Assembly: GCA_043814965.1 (NCBI GenBank)
Contig: JBDRJN010000006.1
Coordinates: 71,838 to 135,837, forward strand
Reading direction: 5' to 3'
Length of the DNA: 64,000 nt
Source of the DNA: Candidatus Omnitrophota bacterium
GTDB taxonomy: Bacteria; Omnitrophota; Gorgyraeia; Gorgyraeales; Gorgyraeaceae
Shown here: in pieces, positions 56,409 to 64,000 of the stretch
Layout: every line of letters begins with the position of its first letter
How positions within the stretch are numbered: the first letter of the stretch is position 1
Translations under genes and position numbers: made by a program
The notes under the pieces: generated by a model
The model's input: only the letters and a program-made list of their open reading frames with translations
Told to the model about the DNA's origin: nothing
The model's database searches: none

Positions 56409-58859
56409 ATGCTGAATCGTTTTACTGAACGCGCTAGGAAGGTAATATTACTTGCTAAGGAAGAGGCAAAGAGGTTTAACCATGATTATATAGGCACAGA
56501 GCATATCTTGCTTGGCCTGGTAAGAGAAGGAGAAGGGGTCGCGGCAGTAGTGCTCCAGAAAATAGGCCTTAGTTTGCAGCAGATAAGGCTCGAGGTAGAA
56601 AAGATCGTAAAACCAGGGCCATCGACTGTTATTTCCGGAGACATACCTTTTACACCAAAGGCAAAAAAAGCAATAGAGCTTTCAGGCGAAGAGGCAAGGT
56701 CTTTGGGCCATAATTATATAGGCACAGAGCATATATTGCTGGGCCTGATAAGAGAGGGGGATGGCGTTGCGTCCCAGGTCTTATTGAATCTCGGCTTAGA
56801 CCTGGAAAAGGTCAGGAAAGAGATAATAGAGCTTTTGGGTTCAGCCACTCCAGGATTTGGTTCAGAGCCTCAGGAACAAGAAGGCCTTTCATCGCAACCG
56901 AGTACAAAGACTGCCTCAAAGACTCCGGCGCTTGATGCATTTGGCAGGAACCTTACACAGCTTGCCAAAGATAATAAACTGGACCCTGTAATAGGAAGGC
57001 ATAATGAGATAGAAAGAGTCATACAGATATTGTCACGCCGTACAAAGAATAATCCAGTTCTATTGGGAGAAGCCGGCGTTGGTAAGACCGCGATAGTGGA
57101 AGGGTTAGCTCAGAATATAATAAAAGGAGATGTACCTGAGTTATTAAAGGACAAAAAAGTCATAATACTTGACTTGGCGCTAATGGTAGCAGGCACAAAA
57201 TATAGAGGCCAGTTTGAAGAAAGAATAAAAGCAGTCATGGATGAGATGAAAAGATCCACGAATGTCATAATGTTCATAGATGAACTGCATACATTGGTAG
57301 GCGCGGGAGGCGCGGAAGGCGCGATAGATGCCTCTAATATCCTGAAGCCTGCTTTATCCAGAGGCGAGATACAGTGTATCGGGGCTACTACTTTGGATGA
57401 ATACAGAAAACATATAGAAAAAGACGCAGCTTTAGAAAGGCGTTTTCAGACTATAATGGTAGATCCTCCGACAGTGAATGAGACCATAGAGATATTGAAA
57501 GGGCTTAGGGATAGGTACGAAGCGCACCATAAGGTAGAGATCACAGATGAGGCGATCGAAGCAGCTGCCAAGTTTTCTGATAGGTATATAGCTGGAAGGT
57601 TCCTTCCTGACAAGGCGATCGACTTGATAGATGAGGCAGGCGCTAAGGCAAGGATATCTATTATGACCGCTCCTCCTGAAGTCAAGAACATGGAGCAGGA
57701 TATAGAAAAGATACGTAAAGATAAACATGATGCTATTAAAGACCAGGACTTTGAAAAAGCAGCCCACCTGAGAGACGTAGAAAGAGAGGCCCGCAAGAAA
57801 CTGGACAAATTCAGGCAGGATTGGAAACGCGAAAGAATGGAAGCGCGTCCTACGGTAGACGAAGAGCTTATAGCAAATATAGTGTCAAAGTGGACAGGGA
57901 TACCCATAGTGAGGCTTGAACAAAAAGAGTCAGAAAAACTTTTAAAGATGGAAGAAGAGCTTCACAAGAAGATCGCTGGCCAGGATGAAGCAGTCTCTGC
58001 TATTGCTCATGCTATCAGAAGGTCCAGGGCTGGTATAAAAAACCCAAAAAGGCCAATAGGTTCTTTTATATTTCTGGGGCCTACCGGCGTAGGGAAAACA
58101 CATCTTGGAAGAGTGTTGGCTGAATTTATGTTCGGCGATGAAAACGCGCTTATTCAGATCGATATGTCAGAATATATGGAAAAGTTCAATGTCTCACGTC
58201 TGGTAGGAGCGCCCCCTGGATACGTAGGGTATGAAGAAGGCGGACAGCTTACAGAAAAGGTCAGGAGGCGCCCTTATTCAGTAGTCCTCCTCGATGAGAT
58301 AGAAAAAGCCCATCCGGATGTGTTCAATATATTGCTCCAGGTATTAGAGGATGGACGGCTTACGGATAGTTTTGGCAGAAAAGTAGATTTTAGAAATGCA
58401 GTCCTTATCATGACATCCAATGTAGGCGCAGAGATATTCAGAAAACAGGGTTCCATCGGCTTTAAGTCGGAAAAAGAAGAGCTCACTTATAAGAACACGA
58501 AAGAAAAGCTGCTTGAAAAGGTCAAGAAGACTTTTAAGCCCGAGTTTTTAAACAGGATCGATGACACGATAGTCTTTCATGGCCTTACGAAAGAGCATCT
58601 TTACAAGATCGTGGAGATAGAGCTCAAAGATGTCATGGCTAGGCTAAAAGAACAGGGAGTAGAAATAGAGCTGGATAAGAAAGCAAAGGAACTTTTGATA
58701 GAGAAGGGTTTTGACCCTATATTTGGAGCAAGGCCTCTAAAGCGCACAATACAGAGGCTTCTGGAGGATCCCTTGGCAGAAGAGATCATAGGGAAAAAGT
58801 CAAAGAAAGAAAAACTGATAAAGATCTCGGCAAAGAACGGCACTATAATTTTTAAGTAG
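56409..58859 (+). CDS. clpC: ATP-dependent Clp protease ATP-binding subunit ClpC
   Basis: Duplicated Clp_N repeats (FTERARKVILLAKEEAKRFNHDYIGTEHILLGL), two AAA+ modules (GEAGVGKTAIVEGLA, GPTGVGKTHLGRVLA) and a UVR-like middle domain. Confidence 0.85.
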   Translation: MLNRFTERARKVILLAKEEAKRFNHDYIGTEHILLGLVREGEGVAAVVLQKIGLSLQQIRLEVEKIVKPGPSTVISGDIPFTPKAKKAIELSGEEARSLGHNYIGTEHILLGLIREGDGVASQVLLNLGLDLEKVRKEIIELLGSATPGFGSEPQEQEGLSSQPSTKTASKTPALDAFGRNLTQLAKDNKLDPVIGRHNEIERVIQILSRRTKNNPVLLGEAGVGKTAIVEGLAQNIIKGDVPELLKDKKVIILDLALMVAGTKYRGQFEERIKAVMDEMKRSTNVIMFIDELHTLVGAGGAEGAIDASNILKPALSRGEIQCIGATTLDEYRKHIEKDAALERRFQTIMVDPPTVNETIEILKGLRDRYEAHHKVEITDEAIEAAAKFSDRYIAGRFLPDKAIDLIDEAGAKARISIMTAPPEVKNMEQDIEKIRKDKHDAIKDQDFEKAAHLRDVEREARKKLDKFRQDWKRERMEARPTVDEELIANIVSKWTGIPIVRLEQKESEKLLKMEEELHKKIAGQDEAVSAIAHAIRRSRAGIKNPKRPIGSFIFLGPTGVGKTHLGRVLAEFMFGDENALIQIDMSEYMEKFNVSRLVGAPPGYVGYEEGGQLTEKVRRRPYSVVLLDEIEKAHPDVFNILLQVLEDGRLTDSFGRKVDFRNAVLIMTSNVGAEIFRKQGSIGFKSEKEELTYKNTKEKLLEKVKKTFKPEFLNRIDDTIVFHGLTKEHLYKIVEIELKDVMARLKEQGVEIELDKKAKELLIEKGFDPIFGARPLKRTIQRLLEDPLAEEIIGKKSKKEKLIKISAKNGTIIFK

Positions 58860-58886
58860 TCGTTTTTTTTAAAAGGAGCCATATAG

Positions 58887-59993
58887 GTGGGGCACCGGAT
58901 AGTAATAGTCAAAAAGAGATTCTTGTTTTTTATCGGCTTACTGATAGCTGCGTTTTTATGGGTGCATTTTTTTCTACAAAGAGATTATTTTGTGATAAGT
59001 GAAGATACATCCTTGCGCTATGAGCCGAGAGAGTCAGCTGATAACCTAGAAGATGGGCCAGGCCATATAATGGACAAAGAGGTCTCTTTGGATATAAATT
59101 TTTTAAAAGGGGGTTATTTTTCTTCAAGGATAGCTTTAGAAAGGCTTAATCTAAAGAATATAGAGATCAGCGGAGATGTCTTTGCAAAAGGAAAGTTCTT
59201 AACAGACAAAAAAGACAATAATATAGGGTATACAGCAAAACTTTATTCTAAGAATATTACCCTGAACTCAGTCCCTTTTAGGTCTATAGCCATGTCTTTT
59301 ACTGTTTTGGATGATGTACTTGAAATAGAGGATCTGAGGTTGGGCAAGTCTTATCAGCTTAAAGGGACCGCAGGCCTTATGTATCCTCATGAGATCAATG
59401 TGGAATTTACTATTGATAGGGCGGATATCAGGGACGCAGCGATATTGGCTAGATTAAAAGACCCTAATATCGCTATGGGCATTATAAGAGGAATCTTTAA
59501 TATAAAAGGCCCATTAGCGAATCTGTCTACTAGCGGCATAATTGAATCACGAAACGGAAAAATAGGCCCTATAGAGTATAACTTGATAACGCTCAGGCTT
59601 GAAGGCCTGGGCCCTATAATAAGCATAGTAGATTCTACTATAAAGCAAAAAGACAGGGGGCTTCTCGTCATGGAGGGCTATGTTGATATGAGAAGTTTTT
59701 CCAGAGGTAACCTATTTGATAGTATCAGGATCAAATCTGATATGATGACTATAGTCTGGGATGGCTGGGATATCACTAAACAAAGCCAAAATGAGCTAAG
59801 TATGACCAAAGACATCAATGAAAATATGAAAGTAGGGTTCAAGACAAGCGCCAGCGATGGGTTAACGACTTATCAGGACAGGGAAAGGCCTGAAGAGATG
59901 AGCCTGGAGTATAAGATCGGCAAAGAAAACCTTAAGATGAAACTAAAAGAAGACGAAGAGTTTTTTGTCGTAGAGCACAATATAAGATTTTGA
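58887..59993 (+). CDS. Hypothetical membrane-anchored protein, possibly an AsmA/TamB-like fragment
   Basis: N-terminal TM helix (FLFFIGLLIAAFLWVHFF) followed by a beta-rich soluble domain. It is encoded immediately upstream of mlaEFD. I recognise no confident family. Confidence 0.35.
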   Translation: MGHRIVIVKKRFLFFIGLLIAAFLWVHFFLQRDYFVISEDTSLRYEPRESADNLEDGPGHIMDKEVSLDINFLKGGYFSSRIALERLNLKNIEISGDVFAKGKFLTDKKDNNIGYTAKLYSKNITLNSVPFRSIAMSFTVLDDVLEIEDLRLGKSYQLKGTAGLMYPHEINVEFTIDRADIRDAAILARLKDPNIAMGIIRGIFNIKGPLANLSTSGIIESRNGKIGPIEYNLITLRLEGLGPIISIVDSTIKQKDRGLLVMEGYVDMRSFSRGNLFDSIRIKSDMMTIVWDGWDITKQSQNELSMTKDINENMKVGFKTSASDGLTTYQDRERPEEMSLEYKIGKENLKMKLKEDEEFFVVEHNIRF

Positions 59994-60009
59994 TCAAGGA
60001 GAGGCTGGT

Positions 60010-60792
60010 ATGAAGCATCTGATAAAGAGGCTCGGAGAAAATACATTAAACTTTTTTACTTATATAGGAGGGGTATTCAACTTATTTGTGCACACTATAT
60101 TCCAGATATTTATACCTCCTTTTAGGAAAAAAGAATTTTTTGCGCAGATGTACAAAATTGGGGTCTTAAGTTTTCCTATCGTATTCTTGGTGTCTTTTTT
60201 TACTGGGATGGTCCTTGCGCTCCAAAGCGCTTATCAATTGACAAAGATGAACGCGCAGATCTATATAGCCAGCCTTGTCGCATTGTCCATGGTAAGAGAA
60301 TTAGGACCAGTACTTACAGCGCTTGTAATAGCCGGCAGGGTAGGGGCTAGTATCACAGCTGAACTTGGGACCATGAAAGTCACAGAACAGATAGACGCGC
60401 TTCAGACCCTCGCGGCAAACCCCATAAAATATCTTGTTGTGCCTAGGTTCCTGGCGCTTTGTATAATGCTGCCGCTCCTTACCGTGTATGCGGATATGCT
60501 GGGTATAATAGGGGGGTATCTGATAGGGGTATATAAATTACTTATCGGACATACGATATATTGGGATATGACATTTGACCCGCTCATATTCAAGGATCTA
60601 TTCACAGGGCTTTTTAAGTCACTTATATTTTCTATGATCATATGTATCATAGCTTGTTATGAGGGTTTTAGGACCGAGGGTGGAGCAGAAGGCGTAGGTA
60701 AGGCTACGACCCTTTCTGTGGTGACATCTTTTATTTTAATAATAGCTTCTGACTGTCTGATCACAGCGCTTTTTTATTTTATTTTTCCGTAA
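60010..60792 (+). CDS. mlaE: Phospholipid ABC transporter permease MlaE
   Basis: MlaE signature (RELGPVLTALVIAGRVGASITAELGTMKVTEQIDAL). Confidence 0.8.
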   Translation: MKHLIKRLGENTLNFFTYIGGVFNLFVHTIFQIFIPPFRKKEFFAQMYKIGVLSFPIVFLVSFFTGMVLALQSAYQLTKMNAQIYIASLVALSMVRELGPVLTALVIAGRVGASITAELGTMKVTEQIDALQTLAANPIKYLVVPRFLALCIMLPLLTVYADMLGIIGGYLIGVYKLLIGHTIYWDMTFDPLIFKDLFTGLFKSLIFSMIICIIACYEGFRTEGGAEGVGKATTLSVVTSFILIIASDCLITALFYFIFP

Positions 60793-60797
60793 AGCTT

Positions 60798-61550
60798 ATG
60801 ATAGAGATAATAAATTTATTAAAATCGTTCGGAGATAAAAGAGTCTTGAATAACCTGAACCTCAATATTCAGTCTGGGGAGGTCATGGTCATAATAGGGC
60901 GTTCTGGATGCGGGAAGAGTGTCCTATTAAAACATATAGCAGGGCTCTTGAAGCCGGATCTGGGCCAGATAATCATAGATAACAAGGATATCAGTAAGAT
61001 GGATGATAAAGAACTTGACCATTTAAGGCTTAGCTTTGGTATGCTTTTCCAGGGCGCAGCGCTTTTTGATTCTATGACCGTAGGAGAGAATGTTGGTTTC
61101 GCGTTGAGAGAGCATACTGATATGCGTGAAGATGATGTACAGAAAAAAGTAAGCCGTGCGTTGGAACTCGTAGGGTTAAGGAATATAGAAGACCTTATGC
61201 CAGCTGAATTGAGCGGTGGTATGAAGAAGAGAGTCGGCCTGGCCAGGGCAATATGCAATGACCCTAAAATAATTTTATATGACGAGCCTACTACTGGCGT
61301 AGACCCTATAGGGGCGGATTCCATAAATAACCTTATACTCGATCTGGATCGCAAGCTCAATATGACTTCTATCGTAGTTACCCATGATATGGTAAGCGCG
61401 TATAAGATAGCAGACAAGATAGCCATGCTATATAACGGCAAGATCATTGCGTGTGGCACACCGGATGAAATAAAGAATACAGAGGATCCGGTAGTCCATC
61501 AATTCATAACAGGCGCAGCTGTAGGCCCGATCACCGAAAACGGAGGATAA
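60798..61550 (+). CDS. mlaF: Phospholipid ABC transporter ATPase MlaF
   Basis: Walker A (GRSGCGKSVLL), the ABC signature (LSGGMKKRVGLARA) and Walker B (ILYDEPTTGVD). Confidence 0.8.
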   Translation: MIEIINLLKSFGDKRVLNNLNLNIQSGEVMVIIGRSGCGKSVLLKHIAGLLKPDLGQIIIDNKDISKMDDKELDHLRLSFGMLFQGAALFDSMTVGENVGFALREHTDMREDDVQKKVSRALELVGLRNIEDLMPAELSGGMKKRVGLARAICNDPKIILYDEPTTGVDPIGADSINNLILDLDRKLNMTSIVVTHDMVSAYKIADKIAMLYNGKIIACGTPDEIKNTEDPVVHQFITGAAVGPITENGG

Positions 61551-61551
61551 A

Positions 61552-62277
61552 ATGTTCACAAGGTCAAATTTTGAACTTAAGGTAGGTATATTTATCTTTA
61601 TAGGGCTGGTCATACTGTCAGTCATCATATTTTCTATAGGTAATTTCTATAGTATAAAAAGAGGATATACCTTGAATGTAGTGTTCAATTTTGCAAACGG
61701 CATCAATAAAGGCGCACCTGTCAGGTATGCAGGCGTGGAGGTCGGAGAGGTCCAGGATGTAGCGGTTTATTTTGACCAAGAAGAAGACAGGCCTATGGTG
61801 AATCTTCTTTTGTGGGTCTCTCAAAATACATTGGTAAACGAAGATGCTAAAGCTACCATAAATACATTGGGCTTATTGGGAGAAAAATACCTTGAGATAG
61901 TCCCAGGCACAAAAGAGTCCAAGCTTGTAGGCAGGAATGGGACCCTGAGAGGCCAGGACCCTATCTCTACAGAAGAATTGACGCGCGAGACAAAGAGTAC
62001 GCTCGCGAAGATAGATAAGATACTGGGAGAGGTCAATGAGGTCGTAGGTAATGAAGAGACAAAGGCCTCTTTAAAAGAAATAGTGGCTAATATAGAGAAG
62101 ATCACATTTGACCTTAGAGAGGTAGTTGCTCAGGCAAAAGAAGGCAGGGGGACTGTAGGCAGGTTTATGACAGATGATTCGCTATATAACCATATAGATG
62201 AGATGATACTTGATATCAAGAAGAATCCTTGGAAACTTCTAAATAAACCCAAGGATTGGAAAAAGAGAATGGAATAA
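61552..62277 (+). CDS. mlaD: MCE-domain protein MlaD
   Basis: N-terminal TM anchor plus an MCE domain (YTLNVVFNFANGINKGAPVRYAGVEVGEVQDV). Confidence 0.7.
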   Translation: MFTRSNFELKVGIFIFIGLVILSVIIFSIGNFYSIKRGYTLNVVFNFANGINKGAPVRYAGVEVGEVQDVAVYFDQEEDRPMVNLLLWVSQNTLVNEDAKATINTLGLLGEKYLEIVPGTKESKLVGRNGTLRGQDPISTEELTRETKSTLAKIDKILGEVNEVVGNEETKASLKEIVANIEKITFDLREVVAQAKEGRGTVGRFMTDDSLYNHIDEMILDIKKNPWKLLNKPKDWKKRME

Positions 62278-62292
62278 AACATAGGAGGCATC

Positions 62293-63315
62293 ATGACTTT
62301 AGTATTTATACGTGTATTTTTTATATTGCTTAGTATTGTGTTAGGTTTTCAGATAGGTTCTTTTATACAGGCTGATGGGGGAGGGGATTTCAGCATCTTA
62401 GGCGCAATTATAGGTTTTGTAGTGGCAATATCAATAAGCCTGTTTGAATTTACAATGAGAAAAGTTTCAGTAAGAGGGCTTTCTTCAGCGGTATTCGGCC
62501 TTATATTCGGGCTTATAATGGCAAAACTTATCTCAGACACTATCTCCTTGATACCCATGGATGAGACCTTTCTTTATTCATCAAAGGTAATACTCACGCT
62601 TATATTCTGTTATCTTGGCATGATAGTGGCTATACGCGGGAGAGATGAATTCAATATAATAGTCCCTTACGTAAAGTTCTCAAGGCAAGACCAGAAGGAT
62701 GAGCTGATATTATTAGATACCAGTGTTATTATAGACGGCCGTATAGTAGATATATGCAATGTCAGGTTTTTAGAAGGCAAGTTTGTAGTACCTAGATTTG
62801 TGCTGAAAGAGCTCCAGCAGATAGCTGATTCCAGTGATTCCCTTAAAAGGGCGCGTGGTAGAAGAGGTATGGATATTTTGGGAAAACTGCAGAAAAATCA
62901 ATCTGTGGACATAAAGATACACAACGAGGATTTTCATGACATACAAGAAGTCGATGCCAAGATCATCAAGCTTGCGAAAATCTTGGGCGCAAAGGTCTTT
63001 ACCAATGACTATAACCTTAATAAGATCGCTGAGATCCAGGGGGTAAAGGTCTTGAATGTCAATGAACTTGCCAATGCCCTGAGGCCTGTCGTATTGCCAG
63101 GGGAGACATTGGAGATAAGGCTCATAAAAGAAGGCAAAGAATATAATCAGGGAGTCGGTTATCTCGAAGACGGCACTATGGTAGTGGTAGATAATGCAAG
63201 GCGTCTTATAGGGCAGAACGTAAAGTCTATCGTAGGAAGCGTGCTCCAGACTACAGCTGGCAGGATGATCTTTGGTAAATTGCCTGAAGATATAAAGAAG
63301 AACAACAAGCATTAA
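62293..63315 (+). CDS. YacL-like membrane protein with PIN and TRAM domains
   Basis: N-terminal TM helices plus a PIN domain (ILLDTSVIIDGRIVDI...FVVPRFVLKELQQIADS) and a C-terminal TRAM-like barrel. The YacL-IspD synteny matches Firmicutes. Confidence 0.65.
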   Translation: MTLVFIRVFFILLSIVLGFQIGSFIQADGGGDFSILGAIIGFVVAISISLFEFTMRKVSVRGLSSAVFGLIFGLIMAKLISDTISLIPMDETFLYSSKVILTLIFCYLGMIVAIRGRDEFNIIVPYVKFSRQDQKDELILLDTSVIIDGRIVDICNVRFLEGKFVVPRFVLKELQQIADSSDSLKRARGRRGMDILGKLQKNQSVDIKIHNEDFHDIQEVDAKIIKLAKILGAKVFTNDYNLNKIAEIQGVKVLNVNELANALRPVVLPGETLEIRLIKEGKEYNQGVGYLEDGTMVVVDNARRLIGQNVKSIVGSVLQTTAGRMIFGKLPEDIKKNNKH

Positions 63316-63319
63316 TATT

Positions 63320-64000
63320 ATGAAGGTCGCTGCTATTGTGCCTGCTGCTGGTAAAGGCAAGAGAATAAGATCCAGCATACCCAAACCTTATATAAGGATC
63401 AAAGATAAGCCGATACTCATACATACTCTATCCAGGCTTTCAAGATCTAAGAGTATATCAGAAGTAATAGTGGCCTGTGATAAAGAAAATATGGCCTTGG
63501 CAGAGCGTTTGATAAAAAGATTCTCTATTAAAAAGACCAAAGTCGTAGAAGGCGGGAAGGAAAGAAAAGATTCTGTTCTTAATGCATTAAAGAGCGTGTC
63601 AAAAGATGTAGATTATATCCTGGTCCATGACGCTGTAAGGCCTAATATATCTAATGAGATAATAGACTCATCTATAAAAGCAGCTAAGAAATATAAAGCT
63701 AGCTGCGTAGCTGTACCTGTAAAACCTACATTAAAATATGTAGAAAAAGATCTTATATCCTATACGCCTATCAGAAAGAGATTCTGGGAGGCGCAGACCC
63801 CGCAGGTAGTTAGAAAAGATCTGTTAGAAAAGGCCTATAAAAAAATAAGGCCAAAGTCTGTTATTACAGACGACTGTATGCTGGTAGAGTCTATAGGGGT
63901 GAGGCCTAAGGTAGTCATGGGGTCATATAGTAATATAAAGATCACTACCAAGGAAGATCTGGAAATAGCAAAGGTATTAATGAATAGACGGTTACGTTAA
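63320..64000 (+). CDS. ispD: 2-C-methyl-D-erythritol 4-phosphate cytidylyltransferase
   Basis: AAIVPAAGKGKRIRSSIPKPYIRIKDKPILIHTLSRL and VHDAVRP motifs. The stop codon sits at the window end, 63998-64000. Confidence 0.85.
   Translation: MKVAAIVPAAGKGKRIRSSIPKPYIRIKDKPILIHTLSRLSRSKSISEVIVACDKENMALAERLIKRFSIKKTKVVEGGKERKDSVLNALKSVSKDVDYILVHDAVRPNISNEIIDSSIKAAKKYKASCVAVPVKPTLKYVEKDLISYTPIRKRFWEAQTPQVVRKDLLEKAYKKIRPKSVITDDCMLVESIGVRPKVVMGSYSNIKITTKEDLEIAKVLMNRRLR

Noticed and set aside
60869-63384. Antisense ORFs of 196 aa and 204 aa overlapping mlaF and yacL/ispD
   Set aside because: Same reasoning: they sit opposite conserved genes, and their products are low-complexity with no motifs.
1-64000. 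CRISPR arrays, rRNA genes, prophage blocks, restriction-modification or toxin-antitoxin defence islands
   Set aside because: I saw no regularly spaced repeat-spacer array, no rRNA-like conserved stretches, and no recognisable phage structural, integrase, methyltransferase or nuclease genes. The only mobile-element signature is the small Y1 transposase unit.

Overview
The window is a 64-kb chromosomal segment of moderately low GC, almost entirely coding on the + strand, from a diderm (Gram-negative-type) bacterium. The evidence for a diderm is TolC/RND efflux, Lnt, LolCD, MlaEFD, BamD/LptE-like proteins and C-terminal-Phe outer-membrane beta-barrels. Codon usage and gene content suggest an uncultured lineage (candidate-phylum-like), but I cannot place it from sequence alone. 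Most of the window is housekeeping. Recognisable genes include purH, folC-mnmE-folE, accA, leuS, secA, lysS, prfB, rpsT, murJ, uvrC, holA, clpC with mcsA/mcsB, ispD, tRNA-Leu and tRNA-Ala. The more unusual content is listed below.

- A four-gene efflux operon (TolC-MFP-RND-RND). Its TolC homologue carries an N-terminal TonB-C-like domain. Its first RND permease is fused in frame to a C-terminal winged-HTH DNA-binding-like domain.
- An orphan 709-aa secreted protein with its own consensus promoter and a leader hairpin, bracketed by members of a recurrent GC-rich palindrome family. The palindromes show compensatory base changes.
- A RAYT/IS200-like Y1 (HuH) transposase gene flanked by perfect 18-bp inverted repeats, making a roughly 680-bp element between lnt and lysS.
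- In-frame heptanucleotide tandem repeats inside folC and lnt.
- A 162-bp nested inverted-repeat (MITE-like) element upstream of lnt.
- A cluster of DnaA-box-like motifs between convergent genes.
- Several structured intergenic regions.

I found no CRISPR array, no rRNA and no obvious defence system.
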